A stretch of DNA of 64,000 bases, taken from assembly GCA_963693365.1 (NCBI GenBank), contig CAVNZM010000005.1, positions 12,299,728 to 12,363,727 of the forward strand, in the 5' to 3' direction. Origin of the DNA: Amoebidium appalachense. Its lineage: Eukaryota; Protista; Ichthyosporea. Below, piece by piece: positions 44,064 to 60,527 of this stretch (its first letter is position 1; the number at the start of each line of letters is the position of its first letter). A model generated the notes under the pieces. The model was not told the DNA's origin, ran no database searches, and worked only from the letters and a program-made list of their open reading frames with translations. The position numbers and the translations under genes were made by a program.

Positions 44064-44412
44064 ACCCACCCACCCACCCACCCTTCCCCCCTCTCCCCCC
44101 TCCCCACAAAAAAACTTTTGGACGGACACCTTTGGTTACTGTGTCGTCGTGAGAAGCACATAATGCACACTTTTCGGCTGGAGTTCTTAGGATCTCCCGA
44201 TTTCTTTTCCTTTTCCTCCCTCCTTCCCTCCTTCCCTCCTTCACCGTGGCACTCCCTCCCTTCCCCCCTCCCTCCCTCCCTCCCCTCCTCCCTCTCTCTC
44301 CCCTTCCTCCCTCATTTGCCCCCATTTCTCTCTGCCTTAATCTCACTGCCTTCCTCTGATGTTTCTTCTTCCCTCCTCCTATTCTCACTCACCCCCCTAA
44401 CCCTCTCCCCCG

Positions 44413-44502
<90 letters not shown>

Positions 44503-44699
44503 CCCCCCCCCCAACCCACCCCACTCCATCCCCTTGCATGACAGTGGAATATTTATGCAAAGAGTCGTATCTGGTACACAGGTTTGCAATGAAAGTCCGT
44601 TTCGTTGACTCCTCTACCTTCCGGATTTGCAGCCCCCTCTCTTCACACTCCACTGATGCATCCATGGGGCCACCCCCAAAAATACACTATACTACACAC

Positions 44700-45056
44700 A
44701 AGAAATTCGGTTGGGCCGGCCCGAGGTTGCTAGGATGTGAGTGACTGGATCTGCGCCGTCAACTGCTATTGATACCTAGTGATTGTAAGGGTTTGCATCT
44801 AGATTGGGTTCCTGGTGAAGTTGCTAAGGTTGGGCCAATAGCCTGTAACCAATAACTCTCAATTTACATTCCGTGGCATGGTTGTGCGCCCCCTGGGGTT
44901 AGTACTGTCTGTTATGGCGTGACCGTGTCCGATAGGCAAAAAGTGTAAGCTTAGTTGTACCGCAGCGATCACATTCTGTACATCCGACTTGTAGACTACG
45001 GGGCGGTTGTCGCACAATGGGCTTGAAGCCGAGCGCTAAACCAATAAAATAAAAAA
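44700..45056 (+). mobile_element. Possible 5'-truncated non-LTR retroelement 3' end
   Basis: Microsatellite-free non-coding block ending in ...gagcgctaaaccaataaaataaaaaa; no TSD found. Confidence 0.3.
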
Positions 45057-45815
45057 CACGCACGCCAATTGCAACCACACAGGCTTACAGAGGCTGTCTC
45101 GCCCCTTCTCCTTTTTCGTCCTGTTGAACATAGCTGGTCCTCTTTGCTTTCTTCGCAACCACACAACTTGGATCGTGAGGATCAACAATCCCCCCCCCCC
45201 CCCCCCCCCGGGGCCCCCGCGCCCTCCCCTCCCCCCCGTCCTGCCCAACGACCTGAGACATGTGATTGTGTGCTTGGCTGCCCATGTTCGCACGCGAAAA
45301 CTGTGGGCAAGTCACAAGTCATGTAACATTACTGTTATGGTGTACGTACACCTGGAGCTTGAGTGTAAAGCCTGAATGACGGTGGTGTGCACGTGTAGTG
45401 CGTGTTTCTTTGAAGGGGAGGGGGAAATGGAGGAAGGGGGCGTGGTGAGACGGCGGGGTATTGTTAATGACAAAAAGCAAAAGAAATCTGAAAATAGTGG
45501 GAAAGTGCACGGGGGAAGGGGGGGGGGGAGAGGGGGGGGGGGGTACCGGGGGAAGGGGGAGATGAGGATTCACGTGCACTTACATAACTACATCATGAAA
45601 TATGCTGGAGTCTGTGCGTGGTACACGTGGCATGGTCGGCAAAGAGGGAAGGAAGAGGGAGCAAAGGTGGGTGGGTGTGTGCGAGAGCTAGAGGGGGTTT
45701 TGGGATGGGCGGGGGGGGGGGCGCCCCTTGTGTATCCGGTTGGGTGGGTGTGAGGGTGCATTGGTGGTGGTGGTGTGTGTGTATGTGTGTATGTGTGTGT
45801 GCGTGCGTGGGGGGA

Positions 45816-45849
<34 letters not shown>

Positions 45850-46687
45850 CGGGTCGGTCGGCTCTGCCACCAAGCCGCCAGGGCCCCCCTTTACAAAACA
45901 AAACTCTACACATGCACATAGCTATAGGGGAAGGCATGGCTAGAAACCACTGTGTGTAATTTTCCTTTTTTTGTTGTTGTTGACCGCGTTTCAATGGCAA
46001 ATCGTAAAGGGGGGAATGTGCGCAGAAGAAGTTTGGAATATGTGAGCAGACAATCAACATGAAAAAACACAAACCTTAACGGGAGGGGGGGGGGGGGGGA
46101 AGGGGGAAGGGGTTGGGTTAAAAGAGTATTTAAACTCCTTACTCCTTGCATCCGCGGCCTTCTCGGGGTTCGAATTGAAAACTCCCCTATATCTCCTGTA
46201 TTGTGGGATCCGGATTTCCGAAGTGAATCTGATTGTTCTTCTGCTCTCCTTCTGCCTGGACAAATCCAAGGCATCCCGTACCGTGCACACACAACTGTAT
46301 AACATAGTTGTGCATAGTTGTGATGTTGATTTTGGGTATTATCTATGCTATTACATACGTGCAACTTGCAGTTGCAGGTCATATTATTAAGATTACAGCG
46401 TATGCATGTCATTATCTCATACATACACACACCCCACCGCCACTACTGCGATCGCCAACACATTCACACCCTCACCTATCTATTCAGGTAGACTACATCT
46501 CAAGTGTTTGGTCGCAACTGAGCAAGCACTTCTATCATTAATTACACAGCTGTAATTTCACCGGTCAACGGCCATTATCTTACCTCCTGTATCTCGTACA
46601 CTCTACCATGACAAAGCCACACACACACTACCTGATATCATCACCTTAAGCTAGCGTAAGCACTCTATAACCTCACGCATATGGACT

Positions 46688-49087
<2,400 letters not shown>

Positions 49088-49804
49088 TTTTGGAGACAAA
49101 GGTATCGAGGGAGAGAGTCACGCAGGGTAAAGAAAGAAACGGTGAACGGCTGTGGAGGAAAACGAGGAAAAATTGAGCGTCACTGCACAGTCACTGCCTT
49201 ACTTGTGCCATGCCTGCGGCGGCATACAAGGTATCCAGTGAGCCGGGCGGCCGGGCCGCACGGAGACAGTCATGATCACTCAAAGTGGCTATTTTGTACG
49301 TCCGGAGCTGCGGCTTCGAAAAAGGTCGGAATTCGAACAACCGGAAAGCGACTTGTTTCCTCTGGAAAAATTTGTAGTCTTGGAGGTTCGATCATAAATA
49401 AGTAAAATAATATATCATGGAAAAAAAGGCGCTTTCTTTCGGCTGATTTCTGTCTGTTGTAAGACAGAGTTTGAAGCCGGATTCAATTCAATGCAGTGCC
49501 TTGCCAGCGGGTGGCCACTGCCAAGCAACATGTTCCCGGAAGGCTTGAAGCTTTACCAGGATATATTTACACACGATCGTGCCGTGTGTCTTGCAGGCAC
49601 AAGTCAGAAGTTCCTGCACAGCATTGCGTTTCAAACCATGTTTGGTTCCGGATAACCGCAGGGAGGAAAAAACAAAAACAAAACGAAACTAGTTGTTGTA
49701 TCAGTATTGGTACCACCACCTGATGACAAAGACAGAGGCACTAAAAGTAGATCTGCCGTCATCGTCACGGGTGTACATGATCATAAGTGAAGAATGTTCT
49801 AGTT

Positions 49805-50150
49805 CTAATAAAGATTGGTTAGATGCCAAAGGTTGCTAAATTTAGAAGGACTATTACTGTTACGATTGGTAGACAGGTAAATCTAAATACGATTGGCTGA
49901 CACTATGCACAACATTATTTTCACCTGTTTGGTACAAAGCAAGCAGTCTTTTGGCACATCGCTTATATTGTTACAAGAATGTCGGATATCTGTCAAAAAA
50001 AAACACTTAATTGACTAAATTTTGTTTAGGTGTCCTTCAGAGTCCCCCTTTTATCAAGAACCGACAACGAGATTGGTTTATTGTCGGCTAGTCACGGGGG
50101 TTTCTGGAATTCTCTAAGCCCCCTAAACTCAAGCTTCTGATTGGCTAAGC
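49805..50150 (+). promoter_or_regulatory. CCAAT-box cluster upstream of PFL
   Basis: Repeated gattgg at about 49812, 49864, 49891, 50072 and 50139. Confidence 0.4.
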
Positions 50151-50315
50151 CGTGGAACTCTTGTTGCTGCAAGGGGATAAATAGGAATTTCGCGCAGACG
50201 AGTCCTCACTTTTCCATTGAATAGAATCCCATCCCTCCGGAACATACAAAAGGGAGGGACACACAAACAAGGAAGCGCACACACGCACATACGTGCACAC
50301 ATACACACAACAAAC

Positions 50316-51951
50316 ATGCTTCGCACCGCCGTTGCATCCCGCGCCGTTGTGGCCGCCCCTCTGGCGCGCCAGGCCCTTGCTCTCGGCGCCCCCGTGGTTT
50401 TCAACCACACCCGCCGTCTGCTCCACTCTATCGATGTTGCTGGATGGATCGAAAAGAACACCAAGACATACGAGGGTGATTCGTCTTTCCTTGCACCCGC
50501 CACCGACCGCACAAAGAATATGTGGGAGAAGTGCCGTGTTATGCTTGACGAGGAAATCAAGAAGGGTGTTCTGGATGTCGACCCCAAGACGCCCAGCAGC
50601 ATTCTCTCGCACGCTCCCGGCTACATCGACGAGAGCCACGAGCTGATTAAGGGGTTGCAGACCGATGCCCCCCTTAAGCGCGCAATCAAGCCCTTTGGTG
50701 GTATCAACATGGTTAAGCAGGCATGCGAGGCCTACGGGTACACACTCGACCCCATGGTCGTTGAAATTTTCTCCAAGTATCGCAAGACTCACAACGCGGG
50801 TGTTTTCGACGTTTACTCCGAGGATATGCGCAAGGCGCGCTCCAACCACATCATCACCGGTCTGCCTGACGCCTATGGCCGTGGGCGTATTATTGGTGAT
50901 AACCGCCGTATTGCCCTGTACGGTATCGACCAGCTGATTCAGTGGAAGCTGGAGGACAAGAAGGAGCTCGATGCCAAGCCCAAGCTCGATGACACCATCC
51001 GCCAGTGGTGAGTAGTATCTAAATACTGTGTGTATGTGATGTTTTCCTCTTTTTCTTGCGAGTAGTTTTACCGAGTTGTTCGTCCAATGTAGTGGTGAAT
51101 TCTGGAGCTGTGGTCCATTTTTAGGTGTGTTTGGACAGCATCCAAACACTTAACCCATTCATGCTTTTTCTCGCTCGCTAATTTGCCTAGATCTAAAACT
51201 GCTTGCACAGCTAAAACTGCTTGCACAGAATAATTATCATGAACATATTCAATCTAAGCATGCATACAAAATCAGTTACCATTACAAGCACACAAACACA
51301 AAGTCTAACCAACACCCTACCACCCACAGCGAGGAGCTTGCCGAGCAGATCAAGGCCCTGAAAGAGCTCAAAGAGCTCGGCCAGATGTACGGTGGCTGCG
51401 ACCTGGGCCGCCCAGCCCAGACCGCCCAGGAGGCCATCCAGTGGCTCTACTTCGGCTATTTGGCCGCCGTCAAACAGCAGGACGGTGCCGCCATGTCTAT
51501 TGGCCGCATTGACTCTTTCCTCGATTCCTACATCGAGAAGGATATCAAGGAGGGGAGAATCACTGAGGTGCAGGCACAGGAACTCATTGACGATTTCGTC
51601 ATGAAGCTGCGTCTGGTGCGTCATCTCCGCACACCGGAATATAACGATCTCTTTGCCGGTGACCCAACATGGGTGACTCTTTCTCTCGCTGGTACCGACC
51701 CTCGCGGCCAGGCAATGGTGACAAAGACGTCCTACCGCTTCCTCAATACTCTGTACAACCTTGGGCCCGCCCCGGAGCCCAACCTGACTGTGCTGTGGGC
51801 CAACAACATGCCCCAGTCGTTTAAGGAGTTCTGCGCCAAGGTCTCCGTCGACACCTCCTCCATCCAGTATGAGAGCGATGCAAAGATGAGCCGTACGTGT
51901 CTCCCCCCCCCCCCCCCCCCCCCCTTCCCGTCCTCCTTCCTTCCCCACCAT

Positions 51952-51987
<36 letters not shown>

Positions 51988-52167
51988 GGGTAAAAAAAAA
52001 AAAGAACAAAAAAAAGCATGTTTCTTTGCTCCTTTTTCACACCTGTAAAAAGGCATGCATGAAAGTACACACACCGACCACAACAACTTCTCGTTTATCT
52101 ACATAAAATGTGCTGTTACCAAATGACATCCACAAAAGAACACAAAATCAAGCGTTAAAATTTTCTC

Positions 52168-52217
<50 letters not shown>

Positions 52218-52698
52218 AAAAAAAAATTAACGACAGCACCAGTTAGTTAAAAGCGAAAAAAGCGGGGAAAAAAAAAAAAAAAAAGGAAAAAAGGCAACCC
52301 ACTCACCACCCCCACCCCCACCCACAGAGTTCTACGGCCACGACTGCGCCGTTGCCTGCTGCGTATCCGGCATGGCCATGGGCAAGCAGATGCAGTTCTT
52401 TGGTGCCCGCTGCAACATGGCCAAGCTGCTCCTTTACTCCATGAACGGCGGCCGCGACGAAGTCACCACCAAACAGGTTGGCCCCAAGTTCCCCGTCCCC
52501 GCCAACGGTCCCCTTCAGTACGACCAGGTGATGAAGAATTACGACGCGGCCATGGATTGGATGGCGCAGCTGTACGTCAACACCATGAACTGCATCCACT
52601 ACATGCACGACAAGTATTGCTACGAGAGCGTGCAGATGGCCCTGCACGACACTGATGTTAAGAGGTGTGTGTCTTTTTTTTTTTTTTTTTTTTTTTGC

Positions 52699-52737
<39 letters not shown>

Positions 52738-53875
52738 ATCCCCCGAGGTTCTCGCCTTCCCTTTTCTCCCCTCCCTCCTCACCCCCCTTCCCCCCAAACC
52801 CCTTCATCTTCCCCCCTCCCCCCCCCCCGGTCTCCCAGACCCCACGACTCCTATATCTTGTCCCTCCTCTTTCCCTCTCACCGCCCCCTGCAGAGTGCAC
52901 CATACAAGCAGGTCCCCCCCCCCCCCCCTCCCCCCCACTCCTTCCCCCTTCCCCCTTCCCCCTTTCCCCCCCCCCCCCCCCCCCCCCCCCCGGTTCCCCA
53001 AACCACCTTGCATAACGGAAATTCACCCTTCCCCTTGCTATCCCCCCCCCTCTTCCCTCCTCCTTGCGATAAAACACCCTCACCCTCCCCACCCCCGCCC
53101 CCTCTGCTTCGTTTCACTTTAGCCCGTTGCAAGTCAAATATCACTAACATTTATTCCCCCACGCAGATGGATGGCCTTTGGTGTTGCCGGTCTCTCTGTT
53201 GTTGCCGACTCCCTCTCCGCCATCAAGTACGCCCAGGTCACCCCCGTGCGCGACCCCAAGACCGGCCTGACCACCGAATTCATCATTAAGGGCGACTATC
53301 CCAAATATGGTAATGACGATCAGCGTGTGGATGCTATTGCCAGCGATATCCTCACCAAGTTCTCCAACAAGCTTAAGGAGTACCCCACCTACCGCGGTGC
53401 CACACACACCCTCTCTGCCCTTACCATCACCTCGAACGTCGTTTACGGTCGCGCCACCGGCCCTACGCCCGACGGCCGCAAGCGCGGTGAGGCCTTCGCA
53501 CCCGGTGCAAACCCCATGCACGGACGCGATGTGTCTGGTGCTCTGTGCTCGTTGAACTCTGTTGCTCAGCTGCCGTACGAGTCGTGCCTGGATGGTATTT
53601 CCAACACTTTCTCCATCGTCCCCGCCACCCTCGGCAAGACAGAGGGCGACCGCACGCGCAACCTTGGTGCTCTGCTCGATGGATACTTCGAGAAGGGCGC
53701 TCACCACCTTAACGTTAACGTGCTTAACCGCGACACCCTATTGGACGCTATGGATCACCCTGAGAAATACCCCCAGCTCACGATCCGTGTGAGTGGTTAC
53801 GCTGTGAACTTTGTGCGCCTGACCCCCGATCAGCAGCGGGAGGTGATTGCCCGCACGTTCCACGAGACCATGTAA
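50316..53875 (+). CDS. PFL: Pyruvate formate-lyase (formate C-acetyltransferase), 766 aa, with mitochondrial-type presequence
   Basis: Exons 50316-51007, 51330-51892, 52328-52664, 53167-53875 (2301 nt, in phase). Motifs [45 protein letters not shown], catalytic ACCVS, FAPGANP and glycyl-radical [11 protein letters not shown]. Confidence 0.97.
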
Positions 53876-53983
53876 TTGGTTTTAGTTTTAAATGTTTTGT
53901 GCGCCTGACCCCTGATCAGCAGCGGGAGGTGATTGCCTGCACGTTCCACGAGACCATGTAATTGGTTTTAGTTTTAAATGTTT
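53811..53983 (+). repeat. Tandem duplication (about 86 bp x2) spanning the PFL stop codon
   Basis: ttgtgcgcctgacccc...gagaccatgtaattggttttt...aaatgtt at 53811 and 53897 with few differences. Confidence 0.95.
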
Positions 53984-54387
53984 AAGTTTAAATGAGCGTG
54001 GTGGTTGGTGGATTGATAAGAGGCCATGCGGTTACATTTGAGCTTTGTGTGTTGACGGATAAGCTTGAGGTGCGTAGGTGATGTTGTAGGAGGGAAGGAG
54101 GAACTGAGATATTCTTGAGTATTGTTAACCTTTAAAAATTAGAAATTTTAATTGTTTAAGTTCTGTCGTAAGCAATGATGTGTATGGAAACACGGACTGG
54201 CTCCGTGGTCCGTTTTATTTAGCCGCCTGCCATTTACGAATGATGATTGGCTGGCTCCCATCTTTTTAATTTAAATTAAACCTGCGTACCAAAAGCCTTC
54301 CTTATGTGTTCCGTGGTCCCAGCACTTGGAGCCTCTTTGGTGCAAGCGAATGGTAGCTTGTTCTGTCGGTGTGTGTATAAGCGTGTG

Positions 54388-54424
<37 letters not shown>

Positions 54425-54639
54425 TTATGTTTGTGTGCTGTGTGCGCATGGCCGAATCTATGTGCCGTTGTGTAGGGGGTGTGTGTGTGTGTGTGTGTTG
54501 GGGGGGGGGTGGGGAGGGGGTGAGGGGGCTGGGGGTCGTACGAGTATGTATGACTACAGTCGGGGAACCCCACGGTATAGGTATGTCTCTGCCGATGTCC
54601 TGCAGTCCCCCCCCCCCCCCCCTCCCCTCCCCTCCCCCC

Positions 54640-54672
<33 letters not shown>

Positions 54673-56873
54673 CTTTTTTTTTTGGCGAACTTTGGGTTGC
54701 AGAGGCCTTAGGACCGTGCATGATAGTGACTCGTCCCCCCCATCCCCACCCACCACTCTGTCCCTCCCTCCTCCCCCCCCCCCCCCCCCCTCCCCTCCCC
54801 CCTTTCCCTTTTACTCCCCATCCCTCGTCCTCTATTCTTAGCCTTGGATGCCTCCACCCCCTAGATCTCCCCATTGGCCAATCTAAGTGTTCGTAGATGC
54901 TTCTAAGTCATTCACTTTCATCTCCTCCCCCCAAACCCCCCCCCCCCGGCCCCTCCCCTACCCTCCCCTCCCCCCTCCCCCCCCCCTCCCCCCTCCCCCC
55001 TCCCCCCCCTCCCCCACGGTGCCCCTTGACCATGCTTTGCAAAATCTGCATTATTTTATCCGTTGCGAATGCATACTTTGTACTCTTCTCTGGAACGCAT
55101 CCTCACCCCCTCTCCCTGCCGCTCTTGTCAATTCAAGGTGGTGTCGATGTAAGTGTTCCTTGCCTCTATATGGGTAGACTAGGAGTGTGTGTGCACGTGG
55201 TGTGGAGATGGTGGGTGATCGAGGGGGTCACGTGGATGGGACGACTCGGATAAGTGGGTGGGTGGTTGGGTGGGTGCGTTTGAGTGGTGGGGCAGGGGGG
55301 GGGGGGGGAGGGGGGGGGGTAATGGGTATGCAGGTTGGGGGGGGCGGGTTGGTGGGTGGGTGGGTGGGTGGGGGAAGGGGGGGGGGGGGGGGGGGGGGGG
55401 CTTTAGGCCAAACATCTGAGCTCCCAGCCTTCATTTGCCAATGGAACTAATGCACACCCCTCCCCCCTCCCCTCCCTCCCTCCCCTCCCTCCCTCCCCCC
55501 CCCCCCTCTTCCCCCCCCCCCCCCCCCGTTCCCCCCCCCTCCTCCTCCCCTTCCCCTCCCCCCTCCCCCTGCGGCCGCCCCTTCCTCATTACCCCCTTTT
55601 TTTTATTAACGAGGGTTTAGGAGGACTGCAATATTGCTTTCATTGGTTGCACAAAACATGCCTGCAACTACAACTAAAACTAAAACTAAAACTAAAACCG
55701 ATGATTAATAATCAATGTTTTTCCCGCTAGCTAATCTACTACATCCACGTTTTAGGCTAAGCACGAGGACCAATTGAACCCCCACCACAGCATCAAAATA
55801 GTCGGGTGAGTCGCCCAGTGCAAAATTCACCCGGTGCAAAATACTTCAGCGACACTTCCCCGGACCCTCAGGCATCCCCGGCTATTCTTCTCAGAGGCTA
55901 CCCTACGGGTCCCATCCACTCTATCATACAGTCAAATTCAGAAGCTGAAACGTTTAAGCAGTATTTAAAATGCATTCGTTCCTTTCATCAAAAACAGCCC
56001 CCCCCCCCCCCCCCCCCTCCCTCCTTCTCCACAACTACCCCTTCTCGACTCAAAGCCCCCCTCCCCCTCCCCCCCCCCCCTCCCACTCCCCTCCCCCTCC
56101 CCTCCCTTCTCCTTGCTCCCTCCCTTTCCCCATCCAACCCCCCCCACACAGGATTTCCTCCTTACCTCCCCCCCCCCAACGCACCCCCCCCCCCCCCCCC
56201 CCCCCCCTCTTCTATTTCGCTACCTACGATGAGTACCCCTTCTCCTCTGCATTACTATGCACACCTTAGCCACTATCAGACAAATATCTCACGGTACCAA
56301 CCAACATTACTGTACACATATCGAAGCGGCTTCCCCCTCCCCCCCCCTCCCCCCCCCCTCCCCCTTCTCCTTCCCCTCCACCCCCCCCCCCCCCCCTTCC
56401 CACGTGGCCCACCCAATGCCTCCCCTCCCCCCCTCTCCCCCCCCCCCCCACCAACACCCACCTACGTAGAGGATGTCATGGAAGGTTTGGGGGAGGGGCG
56501 CCTTATTTGGAATATGTTTGCTGAATATAAACTCTACTTGGTTGCCAGTAAATGTTTTGCACGGTTAAAACTCTGTGAGGATGCGCTGTGGTCCCTTCAT
56601 TTCGCTGCCGGTCTTTCTTCGATGGCTATGGTAATTCACTTGCATGGCACCTTTTCTAGAATAACTATTGGTGTGCATGCCATGTACCAAAAGCTTACCC
56701 TCTTACCTAATTGGAAAGCTATATGTGTTACTATGACATGTGTGGATGTGTGTGTGTGTATCAAGTACACACAGACACATGCACGAGCGCCGCAGCCTTG
56801 TCAACTGGATGCTGTTGTGAGACGGTGTGTGTGAGTGTGTGTGTGTGTGTGTGGGTGGGTGGGTGGGTGGGGT

Positions 56874-56931
<58 letters not shown>

Positions 56932-57010
56932 GTGGGTGGGTGGGTGGGTGGGTGGGTGGGCGGGTGGGTGGTGGGTGGGTGAGTGAGTGAGTGTGTGTGT
57001 GTGTGTGTGC

Positions 57011-57054
<44 letters not shown>

Positions 57055-58581
57055 GGAGGAGGGGAGGGAAGGCCAGAGAAGGGGAGTGATTACGCAAGAG
57101 TATGGCTATGTAATTATAATCATTACAGCGACCCAATCGTGTCGGGCAGATGGTGTGTTTTGTCAAAGATCATGTGAATCCCTGTATTGCAAAAGTTTAA
57201 AGAGAGTGACCCTGTATGATGCATATTTTCATGAATTCTTATGTAATATACTCTTGTGTAGTAAATAGTATATATTTAACTCCTTCTCTTCCCTGCATTC
57301 CTTTCACATTCCGATGACGTCCCACTGGCGTTACATGGATGAGTTCCTCGCCTTTCTATTTATAGCAGCTGGAGTGCTACTAGCAAGGCTATAAATAACT
57401 GAATAATTGGCGAGGAGATGGTGGGTGGGGTGGGCATGTTGGATAAGGGAAAAAAACGTCAAGGGGAGGGGGGTGGAGGGGGCCGGGGGGCTGGAAAGGG
57501 AGGAGGAGGAGGAAGAGGAGGAGGAGGGGGGGGGGGGGGGGGGATGTATGAGGTGATGGTGGAGCCCGTGGGTGAGTTTGAAGGGTAGAATGGTATATTT
57601 TTCTAAAAAAAATTCTGATAGCAGCCTGATGTGGAAGACTGAAGTGAGTGTGAATGCTCTGACTCACGCACGGACCTCCCCCCCCCCCTCTTCACCCACC
57701 CACCCACCCAACAACAACAACAACCCCTTCCCCCCCCTCCCCATTCCCCCCCCCCCCCCCCCCCCCCCCCCCACCCTCCCTGCCCCCCCCCTCCCCCCCC
57801 CCCCCCCGCCCACCCTTCCCTCCACCACGTCTTTATGTGGCATTCATGACCACTCCCCCCCCAGCCCCTCCCCTCAATCTCCCCTCCCCATCCACACAGC
57901 CCTTTCTCCATTCCCTCCCCCCCACCATCCAGCTCTCCCCTCCCACTCCCCCTTCCAGGCCTTCCCTACCTTGTCTCATAATCACCCCACCTACCAGACA
58001 GTCCATTGCACAACCTTAAACGTTTAATTTTAGGCAGTATTCAACCTCCATCCAATTTTCTCCCCACAAATCGTAGCGCTCTTGTTTCTTCTTCCACCCT
58101 CTCACCCCCTCCTCCAAACAGACTAAATCACCATTTTAAGGCCCCTCCCCCCCCCCCCCCCCCCCCCCCACCCCCCACCCCCCGGCAAGTTTCTCCCTCC
58201 CTCACCCTTTTCCACTCTTACCACTCACGGATTTTCCTGTATACCCCCCTCCCTCTGCCCTCCCCCCTCCCCCCCCCCCCCCCCCCCCCCCCCCAACCCA
58301 CTTCCTATACATACGCTACCCACAATGAGTACCCCTTCTTTTTCGTATTCAGATGCACACCTAAGTCACTAACAAACGCAAACCACGCCGTACCTACTAA
58401 CGTAACTCTAAACAAAAGCGAATTGCCACCCCCTCCCCCCCCCCCCCCCCCCCCTCCCCCTCCCCTATCCCCCCCCCCCCCCCCAAAAAAAAAAAAAAAA
58501 AAAAAAAAAAAACACACAAGCACACACACATGCACGGACATACGACATACGCACATGCGCATGTGCGCGCGTGCGCGCGCG

Positions 58582-58620
<39 letters not shown>

Positions 58621-59557
58621 CACACACACACACACACACACGCACCACACACAAGCATACGCACACACATACAAACTACCACACAATAATATACATATAG
58701 ACAGTACTTTTAAATAGTATCCTCTCTCCATGTGCACTCCTTAGGTCCCTATGCCCATCTCAATTATGATCGAATCTCACATGACCACATAGCAGTGACG
58801 TTGTAAGCTAATGATTAGACTCTGAGGATCTTTCGCATGATCGATGTGATTGGGTACGCAGAGCACTTTCACTTCAATGAGTGTGATGCAGATATGCCTG
58901 GAGAGAGATAGTTGAGAGATATACTGCTCATCAGTCAGTCCACGTCGGTCAAGGTAGAGTTTGGTTGTGGATATAACTGAAGGCAGCATGCCTGTCGGTT
59001 CGTCTTTTATGTTCGTGACTGGGAGGATCGAAACTGATCGGAGAGTGTACAAGTATTGACATGCATACCGTGTTGGCGAATATACATTCCACGATTGCAT
59101 CCGTATATTTCTCAACTATCTCTATGCAGGTATACCTGCATCACATAAGGTCTTGTTTAAGCCCAATAGCCGTAAAAAATTAAGTGTAAAAATAATCCCC
59201 CCCCCCCCCTCCCTCCGCCCCTCATACCGAGGTATTCCAAATAAATGCGCTGAACGTTGACGAGCCGTACCGTAAACCATTCTTCTTCCGTCGGTGTAAT
59301 ACCCCCCCCCCCCCCCCCCCCCCCCCCCCCACCCACCCACCCACCCACCCACCCTTCTCCCCCCCCCCCCCCCCCCCCTCCCCCCGGCCCCCAACCTAAA
59401 TTATACAACGACCTACAGCCTCCTGTGTTTCTTCGATTTCTGATTCACCCATGTTACCACCTCAATCCCCCCCCCCCCCCCCCCCTCTTCCCCCCGCCCA
59501 CCCACCCCCTTCCCCCCCTTACCCATCAATATAGGCGGATTCCCATGTCTGCCCCCC

Positions 59558-59588
<31 letters not shown>

Positions 59589-59819
59589 AAAAAAAAAAAA
59601 ATTACCACCGGCCTTCCCCCCCTTACCCATCGATATAATGCGGATTCCCGTCTCTGCCCGCCCCCCCCCCCCCCCCCCCCCCCCCCGGCGCCTCCCCCCT
59701 AGCCCCCCTAAACCCCCCCCAGGCGCCCCTCCCCCTCCCCCCCCCCCCCCTCCCCATCCCCCACCCCCCTCTACCCCAATGGGGGCTGCTCACTGCCCAC
59801 ACTCCACTGCCACACTTGA

Positions 59820-60492
59820 ATCTCGTGCCGCTACCGGCATCTGTATCTGAAGTCACATGTTTTACTTGTTGTTTTGGTTTAACCATTTTGTTTTGTTTTG
59901 ACCATTTACAGATAACATCTCATTATGACCACTTCTTTTGGATGGGTACCAGCCCCACGGATATCATATTGCGGAGTCACAACTTTTCAGACTCAAACCG
60001 AATCAGCTGCAGAAAGCTGCCGTAGGAGACATAAGTTGGGGGCACAGTTGTCCGAGGCTGCAACTTTTTTGTAGATGGTTTAATATCAGAGTGTTTTCTG
60101 AATCAGATGTAAGAGTATATAAGGCTGCTTGTCAGCATACTTTGATCGATGTGATAACCATCATTGAATGTGTGAATAGATCATATATACTGGAACTTTG
60201 GCATCAATTCTTCAGTACTAGATTCAAACATTGTGGATATCATATATAGTGTTCATGTATCCGAATATAGTGTTTTTCAGTCTTTTTGGATGCCCTGTAG
60301 GCACTGTGAATACTGTTGTGAACTTTTGGGATACTCAGTAATATATAGCACACCAGCGATATCATCGGATGGCGAGCTCGAGCAAGGAAGGATAGTATCA
60401 AATGTGTGACACTTTATTATGAGTCGGGTGAATCGAGTATCATGCATGTGGCAGGCATTCCATTTCATGCCATATGCCAAAATGCCATTGCG

Positions 60493-60527
<35 letters not shown>

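Noticed and set aside
51193-51228. 18-bp tandem duplication ctaaaactgcttgcacag in PFL intron 1
   Set aside because: Ordinary slippage duplication with no evident function.
50145-53707. Long minus-strand ORFs opposite PFL
   Set aside because: Antisense shadows of a strongly codon-biased gene.
50316-53875. Bacterial contamination
   Set aside because: Spliceosomal introns with host-type microsatellites and a targeting presequence.
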